Source: Thermodesulfobacteriota bacterium (GTDB lineage Bacteria > Desulfobacterota > Binatia > UBA9968 > JAJDTQ01). From it: a DNA stretch of 64,000 nucleotides. Position numbers and translations under genes: made by a program. The notes beneath the pieces were generated by a model. It was not told the origin of the DNA and searched no databases. It saw only the letters and a list, made by a program, of their open reading frames with translations. Each line of letters starts with the position of its first letter. Within the stretch, counting starts at the first letter, position 1. The stretch spans positions 87,378 through 151,377 of the forward strand of contig OZ220712.1 of NCBI GenBank assembly GCA_965116735.1, read 5' to 3'. Of this stretch, positions 1 through 11,256 are shown in pieces.

Positions 1-696
1 CACGCGGGCGAGCCGGATTTCGGCGAGTCGGCGGCGCAGCGGCTCATTTCCCGCGAGCGCGCTTCCGCGCTCCGCAACGAGATATCCATGGACCTGGCCG
101 CGCGGCGTAGCGGCGCAACGCCGGTGGCAGCCGCCGGCGGGCAAGGCGGCACCAGCCATGTCGGGGTGCTGGACGGCGACGGCAACGCCGTCTCCATGAG
201 CCTCGCCATCGGCAGCTCTTTCGGCTCCAAGGTGCTGGTGCGCGAGACCGGCGTCATCCTCAACAACCGGATGTGCCAATTCTGGCTCCCCGGGACGTCC
301 GCCGGCAACGCCCTCGCCACGCTCAAGCCCCGAAGGCGGCCGGTGAACCGCATGACCCCGGCGATCCTGCTCCGGGACGACCGGCCGGTGCTGATCATCG
401 GCGCTTCCGGAGGGGCGCGGACGACCGGAGCGGTGCTTCAGACCATCCTCAACGTCCTGGACTTCCGCATGCCGGTGACCGAAGCGGTAGCGGCCGCGCG
501 CCTCCACGTGCCTTCGGATCGGACGCGGGTCGTGGAGGTGGAGCCGGCGGTGAGCAACGAAGCGGTAGCGGCTCTCGCGGGCAAGGGTCACACGGTTCTG
601 CGGGCTCGGAGGCTGGGGGAGGTTCAGGCCATCCGGGTCGAGGACAGGCGCATCACCGGAGCCTCGGATCCGCGTGGCGCGGGTGCCGCGCGGTGA
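1..696 (+). CDS. ggt: Gamma-glutamyltransferase family protein, C-terminal part (5' end outside window)
   Basis: Small-subunit nucleophile motif GTSHVGVLD, GSSFGSKV..TGVILNNRM, GASGG and C-terminal GASDPR; frame open from base 1. Confidence 0.85.
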   Translation, partial: HAGEPDFGESAAQRLISRERASALRNEISMDLAARRSGATPVAAAGGQGGTSHVGVLDGDGNAVSMSLAIGSSFGSKVLVRETGVILNNRMCQFWLPGTSAGNALATLKPRRRPVNRMTPAILLRDDRPVLIIGASGGARTTGAVLQTILNVLDFRMPVTEAVAAARLHVPSDRTRVVEVEPAVSNEAVAALAGKGHTVLRARRLGEVQAIRVEDRRITGASDPRGAGAAR

Positions 697-715
697 AGAA
701 GGAAACGGGATTTCT

Positions 716-3629
<2,914 letters not shown>

Positions 3630-3766
3630 GTCGCCTTCACCTCCGCGTCCTCCGAGTGTCCACGGTCATCCCCCGGCCACCCCATCGGCCCCCACTCCCA
3701 GCGCAGGAACGGTTCCTCCGGCCCCCTCTCCCTCTGGGAGAGGGTTGGGGTGAGGGCCTCCGCCAG

Positions 3767-4912
3767 TCAATCCAGCGCCTCCAGCAGGATCTCCTGGGCG
3801 GCCGCCACGCCCCGGCCCAGCGTCACCGGCAGTCCGAACTTCCGGAACGCCATCTCCAGCGCGCTGACGGCCACGATCACGTCGAAGGCGCCCATGTGGC
3901 CCACGTGGGCGATGCGGATGACCTTGCCCGACAGATGGTCCTGTCCTTCCGCCAACGTCACTCCCATGTGCGCCCGCAGGTAGTCGAGCAGGGCATCGCC
4001 GTCGGCGCCCTCGGGGACGCAAAGGCCCGTGGCGGCAGGACTAGGGTTGTCCGGCGACAGCAGTCCGAGGCCCATGGCCGTCACCGCCGCGCGGGTGGCG
4101 CGCGCCATCCGGTCGTGCCGGGCGTACACGCGATCGAGCCCTTCCTCGCGCATCAGCTTGAGAGCGGCGCACAGGCCGAACACCAGCGACACCGCGGGAG
4201 TATAGGCGGTGGAGCCCTTGGCCTGGCCCTTCCGCTCGCTCTCCAGGTCGAAATAGAAGCGCGGAGAGGCGGTTTCCCGAGCCCGTTCCCAAGCGCGATC
4301 GCTGAGGCCGATGAAGGCCAGGCCGGGCGGCAGCATCAACGCTTTCTGCGAGCCTGTCACCAAGGCGTCGATGCCCCACTCGTCCATCGGGACCGACAGC
4401 ACGCCCACCGCGGTGACGCCGTCCACCAGCAGCAGCGGCCCGCCGTCGCGGGTCAGTTCCGCGATCTCGCGCACCGGGTGAAGCGTGGTGGTCGAGGTCT
4501 CGCTGGCCTGTATGAGGACGCCCTTGGTGTCCGGATGCGACCGCAGTGCCGCCTCCACCGCGTTCACCTCGACGGCATTGCCCCATTCGACCTTGATCTC
4601 CACCACGTCGAGGGCGTAGGCGCGGCAGATGCGCAGCCAGCGCTCGCCGAACTTGCCGCCGTTGACCACGATGACCTTGTCGCCGGGCGAGAACAGGTTG
4701 GCCACCCCAGCCTCCATGGCGCCGGTACCCGACGAGGCCAGGATGATGACGTCGTTCTTGGTGCCGAACAGGGTCCTCAGCCCCTGCCGCGCCTCCTCCA
4801 GGACCGCCGCGAACTCCGGCGTCCGGTGGTGGATCATGGTCTGCGCCATGGCCAACTGCACTTCGTTGGGAATGGGCGTCGGACCGGGAGAAAGGAGGTA
4901 TTGCTTGATCAT
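3767..4912 (-). CDS. Class V aminotransferase (alanine-glyoxylate/serine-pyruvate type), probably acting as phosphoserine aminotransferase
   Basis: LLSPGPT, SSGTGAME, ETST, DGVT, GSQKALMLPPG (PLP lysine); directly upstream of serA. Confidence 0.85.
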   Translation of the reverse strand: MIKQYLLSPGPTPIPNEVQLAMAQTMIHHRTPEFAAVLEEARQGLRTLFGTKNDVIILASSGTGAMEAGVANLFSPGDKVIVVNGGKFGERWLRICRAYALDVVEIKVEWGNAVEVNAVEAALRSHPDTKGVLIQASETSTTTLHPVREIAELTRDGGPLLLVDGVTAVGVLSVPMDEWGIDALVTGSQKALMLPPGLAFIGLSDRAWERARETASPRFYFDLESERKGQAKGSTAYTPAVSLVFGLCAALKLMREEGLDRVYARHDRMARATRAAVTAMGLGLLSPDNPSPAATGLCVPEGADGDALLDYLRAHMGVTLAEGQDHLSGKVIRIAHVGHMGAFDVIVAVSALEMAFRKFGLPVTLGRGVAAAQEILLEALD

Positions 4913-4977
4913 GGGCTTACATCCGATAGGGCGTGGGCCGTCCCCTCAACGGAGAGTGAAAGAGACCGGTTTTGCAC

Positions 4978-5016
4978 AAAAAAAAGCCTGAACCTCTCTG
5001 GCATAGAGACCCAGGC
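4978..5016 (-). terminator. Intrinsic terminator forming the riboswitch expression platform
   Basis: Minus strand GCCTGGGTCTCT-atgcc-AGAGAGGTTCAGGC followed by T8; its 5' arm overlaps the CGCCUGGG 3' stem of the aptamer. Confidence 0.8.
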
Positions 5017-5085
5017 GTTCGGCCGTCCAGCAGTCAAGCACTCCCTCGTGGTGAACTCCACGTACACGCCAGTTGTGCGAACTTA
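5008..5085 (-). ncRNA. ZMP/ZTP (pfl) riboswitch aptamer
   Basis: Minus strand GUUCGCAC-AACUGGCG-ugua-CGUGG-aguuca-CCACG-AGGGA-GUGCUUGAC-linker-GGCC-GAACGCCUG-GGUC: P1, conserved ACUGGCG, P2, GGGA, and P3 loop CGCC able to pseudoknot with GGCG. Confidence 0.88.
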
Positions 5086-5179
5086 TTCGTAGCTTGAGCG
5101 GGCGTTTTTGTCAATTCCGCGCGCGGGGCGCGCCGACCCTTTCCATGCGTGTCGCGAGCGTATAAGTTTCCAGCCTGCC

Positions 5180-5890
5180 ATGGCCAACATACCCAAGATC
5201 GTCTTCTTCGACATCGACGGCACCCTGCTCCGTTCCCAGGACGGCCACGTCGCCTTCAACGACGCCATCCTCAAGACCTTCGGCATCCCCGGCGACATCC
5301 GCACCATCCGCCCCGACGGCAAGACCGATCCGATCATCCTGCAGGAAATCTTCGATGTAGCGGGCCACGATGTGGAATGGGGCCCGGCGGACTGGTCCAC
5401 CTTCAGCGCGCACCTCAAGGAAAGCTACACCCGCGCCATCTCCGAAGGCCCCACTCGCGTGAGGGCGCTTCCGGGCGTCCCCGAACTGGTGCGTGAGCTG
5501 AGCCGCCTGCCCGACGTCTGCCTTGGTGTCGTCACCGGCAACATGGAGGTCACGGCCCGTCTGAAGCTACAGGCCGCCGGAGTAGGCGAATACATCGGCC
5601 CCGGCGCCTTCGGCAGCGACTCCGCCGTGCGCAACGACCTCCCCGCCATCGCCATGGAGCGCTGGCGCCGCCACCTCAACCTCCCGGTGGAGCCCCGCCA
5701 CTGCGTCATCGTCGGCGACACGCCCAGGGACCTCGAAGCCGCCCGGACCAACGGCATGAAGTGCCTCCTCGTGGCCACCGGCCGCTACAACCCGCTGGAG
5801 GAGCTGCGGAAACTGGACGCGGACCGGCTGCTGCCGGATTTCTCGGACACCAAGGGTGCGGTGGATGCGTTGCTGAGGCTGTTCGGGTAG
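5180..5890 (+). CDS. HAD-family hydrolase (phosphoglycolate phosphatase-like)
   Basis: FFDIDGTL, VTGN, VGDTPRD motifs; start moved to ATG 5180. Confidence 0.85.
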   Translation: MANIPKIVFFDIDGTLLRSQDGHVAFNDAILKTFGIPGDIRTIRPDGKTDPIILQEIFDVAGHDVEWGPADWSTFSAHLKESYTRAISEGPTRVRALPGVPELVRELSRLPDVCLGVVTGNMEVTARLKLQAAGVGEYIGPGAFGSDSAVRNDLPAIAMERWRRHLNLPVEPRHCVIVGDTPRDLEAARTNGMKCLLVATGRYNPLEELRKLDADRLLPDFSDTKGAVDALLRLFG

Positions 5891-6020
5891 GGGCGTGGAT
5901 TCTCCAATCCTGTATGCTGAATAGCCAACGTGAAGGAGAGCCTTCTGCCGGTGCTGTGAGACCGCCGACACGCTGGCCGTGGCGGATGCGTTGCTTGGAC
6001 TTTTCGGATGGCAGGTAAAG

Positions 6021-6084
6021 CATTTATAGCGAGTTTAGTGAGTTTATCTAGTTTTGATAAACTGTATTAAGGATGCTATAAATG
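6021..6084. promoter_or_regulatory. AT-rich nested inverted repeat just upstream of the AAA ATPase
   Basis: CATTTATAGC (6021-6030)/GCTATAAATG (6075-6084) and AGTTTATC (6041-6048)/GATAAACT (6056-6063) are perfect complements. Confidence 0.5.
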
Positions 6085-6091
6085 ATCTCCG

Positions 6092-7273
6092 ATGGACCCG
6101 ATACTCAACCCATACGCGCCGGGAGCCGGCACGCAACCCCCCGAGTTGGCTGGCCGTAGTGAAATCCGCGAATCGGCACGAATCGCACTGGAGCGTACCA
6201 GAGCAGGACGGCCGACCAAGAGCATCATGATGGTGGGTTTGCGTGGCGTCGGCAAGACCGTGCTCCTGGATGTCATCCGGGAGAATGCCGAGTCCAGCGG
6301 CATCTGCGCAGTGAGAATCGAGGCGCCGGAAAACAGGTCCCTTCCTTCCATCCTCGCGCCTCAACTCCGGATTGCGCTGTTGAAGCTCTCGAACAGGCAG
6401 GCCGCAAGGCAACTGGCGCAGAGGGCCTTGCGGGGACTCGCTGGATTCGTTGCTGCTCTCAGGGTCAAGTTCCAGGATATCGAGGTGGGTTTGGATCTCA
6501 AACCGGAACCCGGTTTGGCGGACAACGGAGACCTCGAGGCCGACTTGCAGGACTTGTTCGAAGCCGTCGGCGCCGCGGCCAAGGCGGACGGTACCTGTGT
6601 TGCCCTCTTTGTCGATGAGCTTCAGTACGTGGAAGAGGATCAGTTGGCCGCGTTGATCACCGCGTTGCACCGCACATCTCAGCGGCGCCTTCCCGTGGTG
6701 ATGCTGGGTGCGGGACTGCCCCAGTTACGGGCGCATATGGGAAAGGCGAAGTCGTACGCCGAACGGCTGTTCGAGTTTCCCGAGATCGGACCGCTGTCGC
6801 GTGAAGATGCCAAGGTTGCCATCGCCAAGCCGGCGAAGGACGAAGGAGTCGGTATAGAGCCCGACGCGCTTGATGCCGTCGTTGCCCGAACTGAAGGGTA
6901 TCCCTACTTCCTGCAGGAATGGGGAAAGCACTTGTGGAATGTGGCCGAGGGTTCTCCGATTACGATCTCAAGCGTTGAGGTCGCATCCAGACAGGCCATC
7001 GCCGACCTCGACGAGAGTTTCTTTCTGATGAGGTTCGACAGGCTTACGCCGACGGAGAAAAAGTATCTTCGGGCCATGGCCCAACTCGGCCCCGGACCAC
7101 ATCGTTCCGGGGACATCGCCGACGAGTTGGGCCGCAAGGTAACCTCTCTCGCCCCCATTCGGAGTCACTTGCTCAACAAGGGCATGATTTGGAGTCCGAG
7201 TCATGGAGACACGGCCTTTACCGTGCCGATGTTTGACGAATTCATGCGGCGGATTATGCCGGGCGATCAGTGA
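6092..7273 (+). CDS. AAA-family (AAA_16-like) P-loop ATPase with probable C-terminal winged-helix domain
   Basis: NPYAPGAGTQPPELAGR N-terminus, Walker A GLRGVGKT, Walker B LFVDE, GYPYFLQ, HTH-like C-terminus. Confidence 0.85.
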   Translation: MDPILNPYAPGAGTQPPELAGRSEIRESARIALERTRAGRPTKSIMMVGLRGVGKTVLLDVIRENAESSGICAVRIEAPENRSLPSILAPQLRIALLKLSNRQAARQLAQRALRGLAGFVAALRVKFQDIEVGLDLKPEPGLADNGDLEADLQDLFEAVGAAAKADGTCVALFVDELQYVEEDQLAALITALHRTSQRRLPVVMLGAGLPQLRAHMGKAKSYAERLFEFPEIGPLSREDAKVAIAKPAKDEGVGIEPDALDAVVARTEGYPYFLQEWGKHLWNVAEGSPITISSVEVASRQAIADLDESFFLMRFDRLTPTEKKYLRAMAQLGPGPHRSGDIADELGRKVTSLAPIRSHLLNKGMIWSPSHGDTAFTVPMFDEFMRRIMPGDQ

Positions 7274-7334
7274 CGGTAGTCTATTATCGTACGCACGGCC
7301 ATTCAAGAATCTGAGTCAAAGAAGGGGAGGAACT

Positions 7335-7628
7335 ATGGCAGGTAAGAAGAGCGGTCAGTTCAGCAAGGAGGGAATCGAAGCCCTCGCGAAGGACAAGCCC
7401 GTGGTGTATGTGATCGAGGGCAACAGGAGAAACAATCTGTATACGGGTGTCGCAAAGAGAGGCCGGGTCGCGGAGCGTTTGAAGGAGCACCTGCCAAGTG
7501 GCCCAGACCCCGTAACCGGTGGTAGGAGAGTGCGGATTCAGCAAAAGCCAAGCATAGCGGAAGCGAAAGAGTCCGAGGCAAGAATAATCAAGCGAAGCAA
7601 GCCACCTCAGAACAAGAAGGGAAAATGA
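7335..7628 (+). CDS. Small stand-alone GIY-YIG nuclease-domain protein (97 aa)
   Basis: GGAGG RBS then ATG 7335; VVYVI..LYTGVA..R..RLKEH..E..II..KPPQN matches the GIY-YIG/UvrC-N pattern. Confidence 0.7.
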   Translation: MAGKKSGQFSKEGIEALAKDKPVVYVIEGNRRNNLYTGVAKRGRVAERLKEHLPSGPDPVTGGRRVRIQQKPSIAEAKESEARIIKRSKPPQNKKGK

Positions 7629-7666
7629 TCCACCACGCAGGGTAAGCATCCTTTAGGCGAAACGTC

Positions 7667-10600
7667 ATGTCCAACCCGTTCTTTGAGCAGCCGGTCCTGA
7701 ACTCCCCTTACGAGTATCCCGACCGCCATTGGGAGCTGGACGAGACCGGACAACCGACACAGGAGATTGTCGACCGCCGGAGGCCGGCTCAGTTCATCAC
7801 GCCGATCCCGAAACCAAAGAAACGCAGGGGTTCCGGGACGGATCAGACCGCACCGTTGTTCAGCGACGGGAAAGGTCTTTCCACGGAGAACCAGCAATAC
7901 GAACTCACCGCCATCATCAACAGCGTGCGCCAGCAGGTCGACCGGTGGCGCAGCATACCGAACCCGAATCAGTGGCAGGTAACGCCGGAAACGGCCCGGC
8001 TTCTCCAGCACTGGCGGCACCACCGCTATAGCGGCGTCCGGCCCTTCTTTTGCCAGGTCGAGGCGGTGGAGACGGTTATCTGGTTGACCGAGGTCGCTCC
8101 TCAGGCCGGTCGCACGGGCAGACGGTTCCTCGACCACTTGGCAGACGCCAACCACGAGGCCAATCCCGAGCTGCAAAGGTTGGCGCTCAAGCTGGCCACC
8201 GGCGCGGGCAAGACCACCGTTATGGCGATGCTGATCGCCTGGCAGACCGTCAACGCGGTGCGTCACCCTCAGAGCCGCCGGTTCACGCGCGGCTTCCTGG
8301 TGGTGACGCCCGGCATCACCATCAAGGACCGCTTGAGGGTGCTCCAGCCCAACGATCCCGACAGCTACTATCAGAGCCGCGAGTTGGTCCCGAACGACAT
8401 GCTCCCGGACCTCCAGAAGGCACGGATCGTCATCACCAACTACCACGCCTTCAAGCTGCGTGACCGCATGGCTCTTTCCAAGGGGGGCCGCTCCCTTCTC
8501 CAGGGCAGGGGCGAGGTGCTCGCGACCATGGAAACCGAAGGCCAGATGCTTCAGCGGGTCATGCCTGAACTCATGGGCATCAAGAACATTCTTGCGCTGA
8601 ACGACGAGGCGCACCACTGCTACCGGGAAAAGCCGGGGGAGGACGAGGAAGGAGCGCTCAAGGGCGACGACAGAAAGGAAGCCGACAAGAACACCGAGGC
8701 CGCCCGGTTGTGGATATCGGGGCTCGAAGCGGTGACGCGAAAGCTTGGTGTCAACCGGGTGTTGGATCTCTCGGCGACGCCGTTCTTCCTTCGAGGTTCA
8801 GGGTACGCCGAGGGGACGTTGTTCCCCTGGACCATGAACGATTTCTCGCTCATGGACGCCATCGAATGCGGCATCGTCAAGCTTCCCCGGGTGCCGGTCG
8901 CCGACAACATCCCCGGCGACGAGATGCCCAAGTTCCGCAACCTTTGGGAGAACATCCGCGGCGCAATGCCGAAGAAGGGGCGCGGCAAAGGGGCCGGTCT
9001 CGACCCGCTGGAGCTTCCGACCCTTCTCAAGACCGCGCTGGAGGCCCTGTACGGACACTACAAGAAGCACTACGAGTCCATGGCGGGCGCGGGTATCGAG
9101 GTGCCGCCATGCTTCATCGTGGTCTGCAACAACACATCCACCTCCAAGCTCGTCTACGACTACATATCGGGGTTTCACCGCGAGAATCCCGATGGCTCGA
9201 CCACGCTGCAGAACGGCAGCCTGGAGTTGTTCCGCAACTTCGACGAGCACGGCAACCCCTACCCGCGGCCCCGTACTCTGCTGATCGACAGCGAGCAACT
9301 GGAGTCCGGCGACACCCTGGACAAGGACTTCCGCAAGATGGCGGCGGAAGAGATCGAGCGTTTCCGGCGGGAGATCACGGAGCGTACCGGCGACCGTCAG
9401 AAGGCGGAGAACATCAGCGATCAGGACCTTCTTCGGGAGGTCATGAACACCGTCGGCAAGCCGGGGCGCCTGGGGAGTTCGATTCGGTGCGTGGTGTCCG
9501 TGTCCATGCTGACCGAGGGCTGGGACGCGAACACGGTGAGTCACGTGCTCGGCGTGCGGGCTTTCGGGACGCAGTTGCTCTGCGAACAGGTGGTCGGGCG
9601 GGCGTTGCGTCGCCAGTCCTACGACCTCAATGACGACGACCTCTTCGACGTCGAATACGCGGACGTGCTGGGCATACCTTTCGACTTTACCGCAAAGCCC
9701 GTGTTGGTCCCGACCAAGCCGCCGCGAGAGACGGTCCAGGTCAAGGCCGAGCGGCCCGAACGCGATGCTCTCGAAATCAGCTTCCCGCGTGTCGCGGGGT
9801 ACCGCGTGGAGTTGCCCGAGGATAGGCTGACCGCCGCCTTCAACGAGGACTCCGTGCTGGAGCTGACGCCCGCTCTCGTGGGACCCTCCATCACGCGGAA
9901 CCAGGGCATCATTGGCGAGGCCGTCGACCTCAACCTGGTTCATACAGGAGACATGCGGCCATCGACGCTGCTCTTTCACCTGACACAACGGTTGCTCACC
10001 ACCAAGTGGCGTGATCCGGGCGAAGAGCCCAAGCTCCATCTTTTCGGACAACTCAAACGCTTGACCAGGCAGTGGCTTGACCGCTGTCTTGTCTGCAAGG
10101 GCAACACCTACCCGGCCCAGCTCATGTACCAGGAGCTGGCCGACATGGCGTGCGAGCGCATCACCGCCGCCATCACCCGCGCCGAGATGAGCAGTAGCCG
10201 GCCCGTGAAGGCGGTGCTGGACCCCTACAACGCGGTGGGTTCTACAGCCCACGTGAACTTCACCACCACCAAGACAAGCCGTTGGAAGACGGATCCAAGC
10301 CGCTGCCATGTCAACTGGGTGGTCCTCGACAGCGACTGGGAGGCCGAGTTCTGCCGCGTGGCCGAATCCCATCCGCGGGTAAGGGCGTACGTCAAGAACC
10401 ATAGCCTCGGCTTTGAGGTTCCTTATCGCTACGCCTCCGAGGCACGGACCTACATCCCGGACTTCATCGTTCTCGTGGACGACGGTCACGGGGACGAGGA
10501 TCTCTTGCGTCTCGTCGTCGAGATCAAGGGCTATCGCGGGGAGGACGCCAAGGAGAAGAAGGCTGCCATGGACACCTATTGGGTGCCGGGAGTCAACCGT

Positions 10601-10816
10601 CACGGCTGCTACGGCCGCTGGGCATTCGCCGAGTTCACGGAGGTGTACGAAATTCAGACAGACTTCGAGGCGAGAGTCGAGGAAGCGTTCAACGACATGA
10701 TCAAACGGTGTCTTCCGGAGGCAGAAGTCGAAGCTGCGCAGTGGCTCGCTGCGGCAGGTGGCAGCGGACCGGACATGGCCGACGTTCCGCGGCGACGCAG
10801 CGAGATCGACGGATGA
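7667..10816 (+). CDS. res: Type III-like restriction endonuclease/helicase (Res, BPTD_3080-like) with a VapB-like C-terminal extension
   Basis: Walker A ATGAGKT, NDEAHH, LTEGWD, EQVVGRALRR, PD-(D/E)xK nuclease IPDFIV..VEIKG; about 35 extra C-terminal residues. Confidence 0.9.
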   Translation: MSNPFFEQPVLNSPYEYPDRHWELDETGQPTQEIVDRRRPAQFITPIPKPKKRRGSGTDQTAPLFSDGKGLSTENQQYELTAIINSVRQQVDRWRSIPNPNQWQVTPETARLLQHWRHHRYSGVRPFFCQVEAVETVIWLTEVAPQAGRTGRRFLDHLADANHEANPELQRLALKLATGAGKTTVMAMLIAWQTVNAVRHPQSRRFTRGFLVVTPGITIKDRLRVLQPNDPDSYYQSRELVPNDMLPDLQKARIVITNYHAFKLRDRMALSKGGRSLLQGRGEVLATMETEGQMLQRVMPELMGIKNILALNDEAHHCYREKPGEDEEGALKGDDRKEADKNTEAARLWISGLEAVTRKLGVNRVLDLSATPFFLRGSGYAEGTLFPWTMNDFSLMDAIECGIVKLPRVPVADNIPGDEMPKFRNLWENIRGAMPKKGRGKGAGLDPLELPTLLKTALEALYGHYKKHYESMAGAGIEVPPCFIVVCNNTSTSKLVYDYISGFHRENPDGSTTLQNGSLELFRNFDEHGNPYPRPRTLLIDSEQLESGDTLDKDFRKMAAEEIERFRREITERTGDRQKAENISDQDLLREVMNTVGKPGRLGSSIRCVVSVSMLTEGWDANTVSHVLGVRAFGTQLLCEQVVGRALRRQSYDLNDDDLFDVEYADVLGIPFDFTAKPVLVPTKPPRETVQVKAERPERDALEISFPRVAGYRVELPEDRLTAAFNEDSVLELTPALVGPSITRNQGIIGEAVDLNLVHTGDMRPSTLLFHLTQRLLTTKWRDPGEEPKLHLFGQLKRLTRQWLDRCLVCKGNTYPAQLMYQELADMACERITAAITRAEMSSSRPVKAVLDPYNAVGSTAHVNFTTTKTSRWKTDPSRCHVNWVVLDSDWEAEFCRVAESHPRVRAYVKNHSLGFEVPYRYASEARTYIPDFIVLVDDGHGDEDLLRLVVEIKGYRGEDAKEKKAAMDTYWVPGVNRHGCYGRWAFAEFTEVYEIQTDFEARVEEAFNDMIKRCLPEAEVEAAQWLAAAGGSGPDMADVPRRRSEIDG

Positions 10817-11190
10817 TCCTGGTCGACACCTCGGTCTGGATTGATCACTTTCGCAGTCCGGAGCCATCTCTCCAGGAACACTTGGCCGCTGGCCAAGTCC
10901 TGATGCACTCCATGGTTATTGGGGAACTCGCCTGCGGCAACTTGCCCAGGAGAAACGACACCTTGCAAAGATTGGCGTCACTGTCGAGAATCGTCGAGTT
11001 GGATCACGGTGAGGTGCTGCAACAGGTCGAGGGCCGAAGACTTATGGGCCGTGGCATCGGGTTTGTCGATGCTCACCTGATTTGCTCGGTACTGAACCGG
11101 AGAGGGGCGTCACTTTGGACTCGGGATCGACGCTTGAAGAACATCGCAGACGATCTCGGCATCGCGTTTCCGGAACAAGCTAGGGGGTAG
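10813..11190 (+). CDS. vapC: VapC-family PIN-domain ribonuclease toxin (125 aa)
   Basis: MILVDTSVWIDH, IGELACG, GIGFVDAHL, LWTRD; acidic residues D5/E38/D86/D105 intact; ATGA overlap with res stop. Confidence 0.9.
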   Translation: MILVDTSVWIDHFRSPEPSLQEHLAAGQVLMHSMVIGELACGNLPRRNDTLQRLASLSRIVELDHGEVLQQVEGRRLMGRGIGFVDAHLICSVLNRRGASLWTRDRRLKNIADDLGIAFPEQARG

Positions 11191-11256
11191 GTGACGACGG
11201 AAGTCGTTGCGGCAGTTGACGCGAGACGACGGAAGACACTGGAAAGGCTGTGATCA

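Noticed and set aside
4978-5085. 6S RNA or tRNA in the aminotransferase leader
   Set aside because: The sequence fits the ZTP riboswitch motifs; no cloverleaf or 6S bubble seen, and no tRNA/rRNA recognised anywhere in the window
5891-6091. Integrase/att or dif site at the island's left edge
   Set aside because: No integrase, tRNA or XerCD consensus found
11193-11235. Short direct repeat GACGACGGAAG twice between vapC and mod
   Set aside because: 11 bp with no further structure; could be chance
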